This document shows, piece by piece, positions 15,663 to 23,867 of a DNA stretch of 24,788 nucleotides (within the stretch, counting starts at the first letter, position 1; each line of letters opens with the position of its first letter). Below the pieces are notes generated by a model. That model did not search any database, had not been told where the DNA came from, and was given only the letters and a program-made list of their open reading frames with translations. Location of the stretch: the IMG/VR virus record IMGVR_UViG_3300025131_000398, positions 1 to 24,788 of that record. One strand, 5' to 3'. Origin of the DNA: a virus. Its lineage: Duplodnaviria; Caudoviricetes. A program made the position numbers and the translations under genes.

Positions 15663-16099
15663 CAGACAACCAGCGTCAGTTGGTAGGTGACCAAGAAGTT
15701 GAACGTGGTAACCAGGAAGGCACCGTTGCCCTCATAGGCCAGCGTGCTGGGGCCGAACTCAATAGCGCCCTCGGTGGTCAGGCTCGTCGCATTGGCGGCC
15801 AGATATTTCATTGCAGTATGCGTGTCCGTGAGCGCGGACGTGGGAGCGTCCTGCCCGTCTCCAGGCTTGACCCTGTGGCCAAGCTCGATGCGGAAGGTCT
15901 GAACAACGCGAACACCTGCCACCGTAGGCTGTGACCTGCCGGGCGAAGGAGACGGCGCCACCGACATGGGCGTAACCGCGAACGATTGGTTGATCCGCTG
16001 GTTGCTCTCATTGCGAACCCCCAACGGGCTCAGGCTCTTGGTAAGCCCAGCCGCCACGAGGCGAGCCATTACGGCAGCGTGTGCGGTTGCGGGTGTCAT
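15662..16099 (-). CDS. Putative tail terminator / head-tail joining protein, 145 aa
   Basis: Size, N-terminal helix, C-terminal beta strand (TFNFLVTY) and synteny. Confidence 0.5.
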   Translation of the reverse strand: MTPATAHAAVMARLVAAGLTKSLSPLGVRNESNQRINQSFAVTPMSVAPSPSPGRSQPTVAGVRVVQTFRIELGHRVKPGDGQDAPTSALTDTHTAMKYLAANATSLTTEGAIEFGPSTLAYEGNGAFLVTTFNFLVTYQLTLVV

Positions 16100-16851
16100 T
16101 AGCTGCCGTCAAACCAACGCCGACGCGGGCCACTGGACAGCATGATCACCGCGCTCGCTGGCTTGTTGTCGCCGGAGATGGTGTTGTCTTCCTGACCATC
16201 CACCCGTGAACGCATCTGGGTGTATTCCCGCTCGTAGTCTTCCGCGTACATGGTTGACAGCTCAGAGTATCGGTCATCAGGATCGAGCAGCGTTGAGTAG
16301 TCCCTGAACAGGATCTCAAACGTCCTAGCGAACAGAACCGCCCTGGTGGCCGAGGCTGTACGCCAACGCCAGAAGGCCACTCCATCTGAGTACATCCGGT
16401 TTAGGATGTCGTGCCACGCCTGGAAGATGTACTGCTGGAGCCCGGTTGTGATGCCGGACTTGAGCAGGTTAGCGCACTCGCTGTGCCTCTCCACTAAGTC
16501 AGTCTGACCGATGGGCGGGCGCAAGGGTGCGACCACCAGCGCTGCGTCTGTGTAGAACGTCTCGGTGGCTCCACTGATGACGATATCGAACTGGCAGATC
16601 CATCGATCTCCCAAGCTCTCATCAGCAGTGGTTGCCGCCAAGATGGTCGCAGATGTGAACGTACCCGCGCCTACCGAGCCCGCCACCGCGTCCACCAGCT
16701 TATCCCCAGATGGCCGATAGACCGTCAGGGTGCCAGAGGTGAGCGTGGCCGCCGCCCCATCCTTCTCGATATCCAGCGTCAAGACGTTGTCTTTGTTCTG
16801 TTCGATCAGGATAGGGCCAGCGATCCGGGCTTGGTAGAGGGTGGCGCTCAC
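16099..16851 (-). CDS. Putative head-tail adaptor with an N-terminal Ig-like domain, 250 aa
   Basis: Start reassigned to GTG 16851 (GAGG upstream, after the previous stop); beta-rich N-half, helical C-half; synteny. Confidence 0.55.
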   Translation of the reverse strand: MSATLYQARIAGPILIEQNKDNVLTLDIEKDGAAATLTSGTLTVYRPSGDKLVDAVAGSVGAGTFTSATILAATTADESLGDRWICQFDIVISGATETFYTDAALVVAPLRPPIGQTDLVERHSECANLLKSGITTGLQQYIFQAWHDILNRMYSDGVAFWRWRTASATRAVLFARTFEILFRDYSTLLDPDDRYSELSTMYAEDYEREYTQMRSRVDGQEDNTISGDNKPASAVIMLSSGPRRRWFDGS

Positions 16852-16859
16852 GGTCTGCC

Positions 16860-17231
16860 TCAGATGGTGATTGTGAACATGGCAAACAGCGACCAACCCG
16901 TCCCAGCAGCGGCAGCATCATCGACCGCGAAGACCAATGCAGCTTTGTTCTGAGCGATTGTGCAAACAGTCGTCAATCCGTCCGGTTGCAGCACCGTCAA
17001 GGCATGGGCTGTTGCGGTCTTGTTGGAGATCCAGAAGAACGCACCCGCCTTTGCGCCTGCGACGGGTAGCGTGATCTCTCGACCGGCGCCATCAGCGTTG
17101 AGCACCTGAAATTGCGAGTCCCGATAGGTCAGCGTCTTGTGACCTGCCAGAGTCTCTTCGTTGAACCCACCCGGCATGCGGATGGGGCGTGGGATTTTGA
17201 AGGGGTTCTTCCCGGTGAACTGGTCAGCCAT
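16860..17231 (-). CDS. Putative head decoration/fibre protein, 123 aa
   Basis: GAGG RBS; REITLP.A....G.FFWISN......LTV beta pattern seen in phage virion proteins. Confidence 0.55.
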   Translation of the reverse strand: MADQFTGKNPFKIPRPIRMPGGFNEETLAGHKTLTYRDSQFQVLNADGAGREITLPVAGAKAGAFFWISNKTATAHALTVLQPDGLTTVCTIAQNKAALVFAVDDAAAAGTGWSLFAMFTITI

Positions 17232-17255
17232 TTCAACCTCTTGTTGTTTTGGGGG

Positions 17256-17438
17256 TTAGCGTTTCTTGGATTCCTCTCTGCGGTCTTTGCGAATGGCACA
17301 CTCTCGCGCCTTCTTAGCTGCGTCACTGTGCCCCATGCCATTGTTGACAAGCTGGCCTGTCATGCGCTCGATCCCCTCACGCCTCCCGGCCTTCTCACCG
17401 GATGACTCTGGGCGGTTCCAGGTTTCGCGCTTGCTCAC
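17256..17438 (-). CDS. Small basic protein, 60 aa
   Basis: GTGA overlap with the upstream stop; Arg/Lys-rich. Confidence 0.65.
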   Translation of the reverse strand: MSKRETWNRPESSGEKAGRREGIERMTGQLVNNGMGHSDAAKKARECAIRKDRREESKKR

Positions 17439-17671
17439 TTGGCGGCCTTCTTGGGCGCGGCCTTCTTCTTGGCGGGTGCCTTCTTTGCCGGGGCCTTATG
17501 GCCCAGCACTGAGGCAGCCTCGGCGGCAATCTCGGCGGCTACCTTCTTGGCTTCTTTCGATGCCTGCTTGGTGTCGCCGGGTTGCTGCTCCAAGAGCTGC
17601 GCCTGCCGAAGCATGGCGAGGGCTCGCTTGAGAATGGGCATAGCCTCTGTCATCTTTGAGTCGCGTGCCAT
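17435..17671 (-). CDS. Small Lys/Ala-rich protein with a PAKK-repeat tail, 78 aa
   Basis: GGAGG RBS, TGATG coupling; C-terminus KAPAKKAPAKKKAAPKKAAK. Confidence 0.75.
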   Translation of the reverse strand: MARDSKMTEAMPILKRALAMLRQAQLLEQQPGDTKQASKEAKKVAAEIAAEAASVLGHKAPAKKAPAKKKAAPKKAAK

Positions 17672-18363
17672 CAGTCCTCCATCACAAAGGTGTCAACGTT
17701 CCCTTTCGGGGTGGCCTTGGCCATCTGTCTGATCTCATTCTGGAACGTCTCGTCCATCGCCTCAAGCCGGGCCTCAGCCGCCCTGGCTCGCTTCAGGAGG
17801 TGGGGGTTGCGCTCCGCTCTACCGTGGAGGCTGTTAGCCCGCCTGTCCTCAAGCATACGCACCTGAACGAAGACCTCTTCGTGCATGGGCTCGATGATGC
17901 CGGAGTCACGAATGGCAGCCCTGAACTTGCGGAAGGCATGCGCGGATTCTTTCTTGTTCCACAAGACCGTCCCATTGGGTAGCACCGTGGCCTCGTCTGC
18001 GAAGTCGCAGTAATGCTTAAGCCCTGCGTCGGTTTCGTAGAACCTGACATAGTCCTGGTACTCACCCAGGCGCCCATCCTTGGGGTCGATGAACGTGCCG
18101 CCCTGCTCTGAGAGCCAGCCCAGTACCCGGTTGAGCTTGCCGTCAGTTCCGACGCCATTCACGCCGGGCTTGGCGATAATCTTGGAGAGGCGAGGCACAA
18201 AGCCAAACTCGTCGTCGTACTCCCAGTTGGTGGGATAGTGCGCGTAGACAAACCGAGGCTGGCAAACGAACCGACCGTTAGACGGTAGGCCGCGCCGAGA
18301 GGTGACAACCTCCTGCTCGATTTGGGGGGTGCTGAGTCTGATGCTCTTCTGGGTGCCTGACAT
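17671..18363 (-). CDS. Hypothetical head-module protein, 230 aa
   Basis: Start reassigned to ATG 18363 (AGGAGA RBS): MSGTQKSIRLST...; directly downstream of the capsid gene. Confidence 0.75.
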   Translation of the reverse strand: MSGTQKSIRLSTPQIEQEVVTSRRGLPSNGRFVCQPRFVYAHYPTNWEYDDEFGFVPRLSKIIAKPGVNGVGTDGKLNRVLGWLSEQGGTFIDPKDGRLGEYQDYVRFYETDAGLKHYCDFADEATVLPNGTVLWNKKESAHAFRKFRAAIRDSGIIEPMHEEVFVQVRMLEDRRANSLHGRAERNPHLLKRARAAEARLEAMDETFQNEIRQMAKATPKGNVDTFVMED

Positions 18364-18394
18364 GTGGTGCTCTCCTGCTGAGGAAGTGAAGGGT

Positions 18395-18444
18395 GGGACC
18401 GGACAGACCACCTCTGCCCGGCCCCGAGTGACCCCGAAGGGTCA
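18395..18444 (-). other. Two tandem RNA hairpins 3' of the major capsid gene
   Basis: UGACCC-UUCG-GGGUCA (cUUCGg tetraloop, 18429-18444) and a 13-bp stem with two G-U pairs and a GGUGG loop (18395-18425); both favour the minus-strand RNA. Confidence 0.75.
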
Positions 18445-18451
18445 GCGTGCG

Positions 18452-19360
18452 CTACGCATCGGTCGAAATCTCGACGGCCCGGCTCTGTTCACAGAGGGCG
18501 ACACTGGGGTAATAGTGCGCCATAGCCTGAGTCTCCGCTACCGAGGCATCACGGGTCAGCTCAATGAGAAGCTCACCAGCATTCATCAGCACGCGGTCTG
18601 CGGGGATGTGTCCCTGCAACAGCGCGACAGGCGCCTCGGAGTATGCGAAGGCTCCATCTGCAAACATACAACCGAGACGGTTGCCACCCGAGGAGGACAC
18701 CTGATCAGACTGCCAGAAGTTGACCCCGTTCCAAGAACCTTGGAAACCCGGACCCTTTGAGGCAAGCTGCTCAACGGTCGCCGGGTTGAACTGCATGGCG
18801 CCCGTTTCACCGCGCAGCGAAGACCGAAAGTCATTCATCTGCACCGGGTGAAGCACGGCTGTGTAGGGGCCTTGTGCCGCCGCGCTGTTCAAAGTGAAGG
18901 AGGCGTCAAAAATATCATCCACGGAAAGGTCCACGCCAGAGGTGCCAACCTGGGCGCTAACGCTGGGAAACAGCGCCGCAATCAGGTTGCTAATGGTGAT
19001 GGACATACCATTGGCCAAGTTGCCCGCGAGCACTTGCAAGTCCACAGGAGAACCAGCCACGGAAACAAGATCGGTGATCTCGTAGGCGCGACCATAGCGA
19101 GCCGCCGTGAGCGTATATTCTGAAGTGGTGAAAGCTGAGTTGGCGATAGCAACCGTCTCCGCTGCGGTGGCGTATGCTGCCGGTGCGGGGAGAGAGGTCA
19201 CGGCCATCGTGGTCGAGCCACCAGCAGTCCAGGGGACGCGGGTGCAGACAGCACGGAGGTCGGTGGGGTCGTAGATTTGCTCATGGACGAGAGCAGCGAG
19301 AATTTCGGCAACGAGCCCACCGTTGGAAGTTAGGTCGCCGGTGACAATTTCATTAGCCAT
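18452..19360 (-). CDS. Major capsid protein (HK97 fold), 302 aa
   Basis: AAGGAG RBS; MANE start, E.TLT...YG.A..ITDL, LSVDDIFDA...L, AVLHP.Q..D, G.WNGVNFWQS; follows portal and scaffold. Confidence 0.85.
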   Translation of the reverse strand: MANEIVTGDLTSNGGLVAEILAALVHEQIYDPTDLRAVCTRVPWTAGGSTTMAVTSLPAPAAYATAAETVAIANSAFTTSEYTLTAARYGRAYEITDLVSVAGSPVDLQVLAGNLANGMSITISNLIAALFPSVSAQVGTSGVDLSVDDIFDASFTLNSAAAQGPYTAVLHPVQMNDFRSSLRGETGAMQFNPATVEQLASKGPGFQGSWNGVNFWQSDQVSSSGGNRLGCMFADGAFAYSEAPVALLQGHIPADRVLMNAGELLIELTRDASVAETQAMAHYYPSVALCEQSRAVEISTDA

Positions 19361-19458
19361 TTTGACTCCTTGCCTGCACGCAAGGCAGGCGGATCACGTA
19401 TCGTTGATTGAGATCCACCTACGACTCTATCGGGGCCGGTCCCGTGGCAGATGTTCTA

Positions 19459-19488
19459 TCTGTACCGCGTTGGGTCACGCGCTGTCAA
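19459..19488 (-). promoter_or_regulatory. Putative internal promoter for the capsid gene
   Basis: Perfect TTGACA (19488-19483), 18 nt, TACAGA (19464-19459); CGCGT/ACGCG dyad in the spacer; in a 130-nt intergenic gap. Confidence 0.55.
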
Positions 19489-19490
19489 GA

Positions 19491-20147
19491 CTACTTGATA
19501 ACGCCCTGTGCTCTGAGCGCGGCCATGATGTTGTCTTTCTGGTCGCCCAGGGAACCGCCGTTCTTGGCTCGCACCTTGCGAATCTCCTCGGCCCCGTATT
19601 CCTTGGAGTGATGAACAGGAGGCGTACCCGTGCCTCGCTCAGGGTTGCCGTTGAGCGTTTCACGCACAGCCGCCAGGAGGGCTTCTGTTGGGTCTTGGGT
19701 CTGCTCAGGCGCGATAGGGGTCTCGACGGGCGCACCCTGGCTTAGACGGTCAAAGTGGGGCGAGTAAAGGGGATCCTCGCGGTTAGACTCCAGCCACTCC
19801 GCAAAGTTAGCAGCGTTCTCGCCTGCCTCGCTGGCCGCGCTGGCGTACTCGCGCCGCAAGAAGCGCCGGATTGATGGAGCCTTGAAGCCCATCTCTACCA
19901 AGTGCAGCTCTTGGGTGTGCGTGCTCTGGAGGTTGGATAGCTCAGAGGTCACGGCCTCAAGTTGTCCCTTCATCTTCTCCATGGCCTTCTGGGCTGCTGC
20001 TGCCTGAGAGAGCGCATCATCACGCCGGGCACGCTCCTCGGTCAGTCGGTGGCTGGGGACTTGCGCCTCCATCTTGGTGTTGCCCATGGGTGCGCTTGCT
20101 CCGTTGGTGGTGTGCGGGGTGGCTGGTGCCTGCTGTTGGTCGTCCAT
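19491..20147 (-). CDS. Capsid scaffolding protein, 218 aa
   Basis: VP..RL.EE..RR followed by a coiled coil, low-complexity linker and basic C-terminal helix; between portal and capsid. Confidence 0.75.
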   Translation of the reverse strand: MDDQQQAPATPHTTNGASAPMGNTKMEAQVPSHRLTEERARRDDALSQAAAAQKAMEKMKGQLEAVTSELSNLQSTHTQELHLVEMGFKAPSIRRFLRREYASAASEAGENAANFAEWLESNREDPLYSPHFDRLSQGAPVETPIAPEQTQDPTEALLAAVRETLNGNPERGTGTPPVHHSKEYGAEEIRKVRAKNGGSLGDQKDNIMAALRAQGVIK

Positions 20148-20149
20148 GG

Positions 20150-21586
20150 TTAGGCCTCGATGTCTGGTGTTTGGGTCATGGTGTCCTCTGTGGCCATCAG
20201 TTGCGCCTGGATGGCATCCGCCCGCAGCAGACGCTCAAGCGCATCCTCGTCCGACTCGATAGCCGGGTTGAGCATGCGGATGGCATCGAGCCTGCTGATG
20301 AGTCCCATCTCAAGTTCTGCCTTGATGGCCTCGGTCATCTCTTTACGCTCTGAGGCCATGGGCTCCAGGGAGCGATAGGCGATCCGATACTCACGCGGGT
20401 CTTCTGGCAGGTTGTGCCCACCGTATGCGTTGGCGAGCTTGGCAGCGGTTGCCAGTAGATCTTGGTCAGCTACTCGCAGGGAGGGCTCCAGCAGCTTCTG
20501 TGCCCTGCGCTGGCCTGCCCGGCTTACCACGATGGCATAGCCGGACTGAGCGCCTGTTACCTGGAGGTCTGACGGGTTCAGCCCCGAGTACACCGCCAGC
20601 CCGTGCTCATACATACGGAGAGCTTCAGCCGCCCGCAGTGGGTCCATCGCTGGATTGAACTGGCCAAGGCTGCCGCCGGTCGGGCCTTTGCTGCCGAACT
20701 TGAGAATGCTCTTACGGTCAGTCGGCACCACGTCCACCTGCACGCCGCCTATCTGCCGGGTCACGCCTGCCTGTGACTCCACGTCTAAGGCCCAGCGCTG
20801 AGGGTGCGAGGCCGACACGAACGCATCAGACCACTGCGACCACAGTGCTGCAAGGCGCAAGGCACCCCGGCTTATCTCTACACCCTCGTGCCAGTTCCAC
20901 ATGTTTGGCGTGACTCGTGCGTGGTACAGGATGTAGGGCAGGATGGGCGCTCCATCCCGTGAGCGATACGGGTAGTTGCCGACGAACTCAGGCGCCCACT
21001 TGGCGGTGGCGTCATGAGACACACCCTTGCTGTCCACCTCCAGAATCTGGAAGACGGGCGCCGCCGGATCGCGCACATCCCAGACCTCCCAGGTCCACGT
21101 CCCGTCTCGATACCTGACCTCCTCCACCCTGCCCGGTATGTTGGGCTCGTTGGGCATCGGCAGAATCACCACCACGTCTGGCGAGATGGGGCGGTAGCTG
21201 CACTCGGTGGCGTCCATCCAGTGCTTCCAGTCCAGCCGTACCAGGGATTCTTGGATTGCGAGGGTATACAGCGCGGTCTGTTGCTGCTGTGCCCATAGCA
21301 GTGGGGTCACAATAGGGCTCAGGTCTTCCTCGCCTTCAGCGTGAACGTCGGGCGGTTCCAGGTATGCCACGTTGAGCTGCTGATAGATGAGCCTGAGAGC
21401 GTTGCGGGAGAGGTCCGGGTGGATGGTGATGTCTGCCGCAATCTCCTGGCTGAACATCCCCTCAATCTCATCACGCACATCTGACAGTTGCTTGCCTGTG
21501 AGGAGCCGATATCGCAGGCTCTGCTCCCGCCAACGGGCGCGGTCGCTTGCGTCTTGGGGCTGGATGGAGCTTGGGATGTAGAGCAT
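20150..21586 (-). CDS. Portal protein, 478 aa
   Basis: Size and synteny; LPYILYH, AQSGYAI, ELEMGLISRLDAIRMLNP (SPP1-type C-terminal pattern); AGGAG RBS. Confidence 0.85.
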   Translation of the reverse strand: MLYIPSSIQPQDASDRARWREQSLRYRLLTGKQLSDVRDEIEGMFSQEIAADITIHPDLSRNALRLIYQQLNVAYLEPPDVHAEGEEDLSPIVTPLLWAQQQQTALYTLAIQESLVRLDWKHWMDATECSYRPISPDVVVILPMPNEPNIPGRVEEVRYRDGTWTWEVWDVRDPAAPVFQILEVDSKGVSHDATAKWAPEFVGNYPYRSRDGAPILPYILYHARVTPNMWNWHEGVEISRGALRLAALWSQWSDAFVSASHPQRWALDVESQAGVTRQIGGVQVDVVPTDRKSILKFGSKGPTGGSLGQFNPAMDPLRAAEALRMYEHGLAVYSGLNPSDLQVTGAQSGYAIVVSRAGQRRAQKLLEPSLRVADQDLLATAAKLANAYGGHNLPEDPREYRIAYRSLEPMASERKEMTEAIKAELEMGLISRLDAIRMLNPAIESDEDALERLLRADAIQAQLMATEDTMTQTPDIEA

Positions 21587-21726
21587 CAGTCGGACTCCTG
21601 CTCGATGGGCTCACCGGCTGGTTGCCCGCACTCGGGGCAATCAAGAAAACCTGTATAACGGTGGTCGCACTCAAAGCAGATCCGATGAACGGCATGCTTC
21701 GCTATCGTCGCGTATAGGTCGATCAC
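21586..21726 (-). CDS. Small zinc-ribbon protein, 46 aa (missed by ORF track)
   Basis: GTG start; MIDLYATIAKHAVHRICFECDHRYTGFLDCPECGQPAGEPIEQESD; CxxC-x9-CxxC; GTGA and TGATG overlaps on both sides. Confidence 0.75.
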   Translation of the reverse strand: MIDLYATIAKHAVHRICFECDHRYTGFLDCPECGQPAGEPIEQESD

Positions 21727-21968
21727 TTGCGCCTAATCCAACCCAGGTCATACATCGCAGACGTGGAGATATGGGCCACTGCATAGCGGTCGCCGCCCTC
21801 GGTCTTCTCTTCGCCTTGGAGATGCCAGACGTGGACACCATCTTTGGCGGGTGCCTTCTTGACTTTGCCAATCAGCACGAGCACATCGCCGCGTTCGGCT
21901 TTGTCCATCTCGCCCTTATCGGCTGGCTTCTTTCGGGTTCGCTTCTTGGGCGCGGATTCTTCAGACAT
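21723..21968 (-). CDS. Hypothetical protein, 81 aa
   Basis: GGGGTGA RBS; basic N-terminus; between TerL and portal. Confidence 0.7.
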   Translation of the reverse strand: MSEESAPKKRTRKKPADKGEMDKAERGDVLVLIGKVKKAPAKDGVHVWHLQGEEKTEGGDRYAVAHISTSAMYDLGWIRRK

Positions 21969-22008
21969 GGATCACCCCAGTTGAGAATAAGGATGTGGGA
22001 GGTATCGG

Positions 22009-23397
22009 TCAACCTATGATCATCCGGCCAGGAGTCTCGATACCCTCCTGCAACCAACACTCTGAGATGTACGATACCGCATCGTAGCAGTGTTTGAGAT
22101 CGTTATTCTCACCGCGCCAATGCCTCAAGCTCTTGACGAGGTTGGGGCAGCGCTCAGCGTGGACCAGAAACCGGCCATCGACACAGGCAGCCGAGAGCAT
22201 CCGGGCACGGGTACGCACTGAGCCGCGCCCCTTGTACGGGGTAGCTATCTCAAACGGTGGCCGGGCTGACCCCACCATGTGGGCGAACGCACGCTCGAGC
22301 AGCTCATTGACGCGCAAGCCCAGACCCAACCGGCCAGCGCTGTTGCTGTCACCTACTGCCTTATCGACCATCTTGGGCGAGACTCCCCAGCCCTTCATCA
22401 TGTCCATAATCTCACGCGCCTCGATGGCTGGCGTGTTGCGCTCCTGGCTCACGTACTCATCCAGCACCCACAGCCGCGCCCCATCCCAGGCCACGAGGTA
22501 GCACACGCTGTTACCTGGGCGCTCTCCATGGTCCCAGCCCAGCCCTATGGCCTCGACCTTCTCAGGCGGATCGGTGAAGGTGTTGTCTTCGGAGAAGGCT
22601 ATCCACCTGTCAACGCTCACACCCTCCCAGGCGCCCTCCACGCGCTGTGCGTATTCCCAGGGTCCATAGCCAGCTATCTGACGGTCGATGCTTTCCTGGC
22701 TCCGGTGCGGGCAATTCTCCGCACTGAGTGAGATCCGCTGGATGTCCCACTCCTCAACCGGTGGCTTGCCTGTGTCGGGGCTGCCCTCCACGTGGTGCCT
22801 GAGCCAGTCGCATGGGCGGCCTATGGGCGTGAAGCTCATCACGACTGGGCCATTGTTCACAGCCACGCGGGTTAGGGCTTCAGCGAAGTGCGCCTGCTTG
22901 GGTAGCTCGTCAATCATGAGATAGTCGATGGTCGCACCTGTCAAGGCCATCACCTCCTGCGTGCCTGACTTGCCCACAATGAGCGAGCCGTTGGTCAGCC
23001 TCAGCATCTTGACGGAGCGATGCGTGTAGCCTCTGGAGCTGTCGTAGGTGACTGAGGGATGCAGCACGCCGGGCGGTTCTATCTCGCGGAGCTTGGCCGA
23101 GAAGTTGACCCAGCCACCCTTGAGGTCAGCGCACATGATCCAGCCTATGGAATGCTCCCCAGGTGATGGCCGATATGGGTGCGTGCCCAGTGCCATCCAC
23201 CACGTCTCGGCGGCGAGGGCTCTGGTCTTGCCTACCTGATTACCTGCTATCAGGAGGCGGCGCGGGTGCTGTGACTGGTGGACGAGTCGCTGCCCTGGTG
23301 ACATGCCACCGAAGCCGGGCGGCTCTTGCTCGTATTGGGCCAGCAGGTCAGCCTCGTATCGATCCGCGAATGCGGCAAGCTTGCCTATGTCAATCAC
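22009..23397 (-). CDS. terL: Terminase large subunit
   Basis: Q-motif (SPGQ), Walker A AGNQVGKT, Walker B YLMIDE, motif III SFTP, nuclease GWDHG and HCYDAVSY. Confidence 0.95.
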   Translation of the reverse strand: MIDIGKLAAFADRYEADLLAQYEQEPPGFGGMSPGQRLVHQSQHPRRLLIAGNQVGKTRALAAETWWMALGTHPYRPSPGEHSIGWIMCADLKGGWVNFSAKLREIEPPGVLHPSVTYDSSRGYTHRSVKMLRLTNGSLIVGKSGTQEVMALTGATIDYLMIDELPKQAHFAEALTRVAVNNGPVVMSFTPIGRPCDWLRHHVEGSPDTGKPPVEEWDIQRISLSAENCPHRSQESIDRQIAGYGPWEYAQRVEGAWEGVSVDRWIAFSEDNTFTDPPEKVEAIGLGWDHGERPGNSVCYLVAWDGARLWVLDEYVSQERNTPAIEAREIMDMMKGWGVSPKMVDKAVGDSNSAGRLGLGLRVNELLERAFAHMVGSARPPFEIATPYKGRGSVRTRARMLSAACVDGRFLVHAERCPNLVKSLRHWRGENNDLKHCYDAVSYISECWLQEGIETPGRMIIG

Positions 23398-23867
23398 TTG
23401 CCCACGTCGGTTTGCTTGCGGTTCAGGGCTGCCAGGATCATGTCCTCGGGTAGCCGGGCCACCTCGCCAATGATGCTCTCGCGCCCGTCCTCGCTATCCA
23501 TCTCAACCATGCGCTGCTGGGTTTCCGCGTCATTGATGATGGCCTCCACTATGGGCGCCGAGTCTCTGCGGTAGCAGTGGCGGCGTTCCAGAAGCCACGC
23601 GCTGGCCTGCCAGCTACCCTCCTTGCCTGCCTTGTTGATGATTGCCAGCGAAATCCCTGCCCCTTCTGCCTCGGCGCCTTTTACCGCTTCCTTAAACTCC
23701 TTTTGCCTATCGTGTCCCTGCTCCGCTTCTTGGAGCCATCGATAGAAGGTGCTCTCCCTGATCCCCACGTACCCGCACGCTAGCCGGTAGGTCATGCCGA
23801 GCCTAATGCCCTGGCAGAACTTGGCCTGTAGCTCAGGCGTTAGCTTCGTCTTGCGTCCTGTGGTCAT
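23394..23867 (-). CDS. terS: Terminase small subunit (HTH)
   Basis: GRKTKLTPE...ACGYVGI.ESTFYRW HTH and WQASAWLLERR motif; immediately upstream of TerL. Confidence 0.8.
   Translation of the reverse strand: MTTGRKTKLTPELQAKFCQGIRLGMTYRLACGYVGIRESTFYRWLQEAEQGHDRQKEFKEAVKGAEAEGAGISLAIINKAGKEGSWQASAWLLERRHCYRRDSAPIVEAIINDAETQQRMVEMDSEDGRESIIGEVARLPEDMILAALNRKQTDVGK

Noticed and set aside
18364-18454. Capsid stop read-through or frameshift extension
   Set aside because: Read-through of the TAG is out of frame with the next gene, and no slippery heptamer is visible at the capsid 3' end
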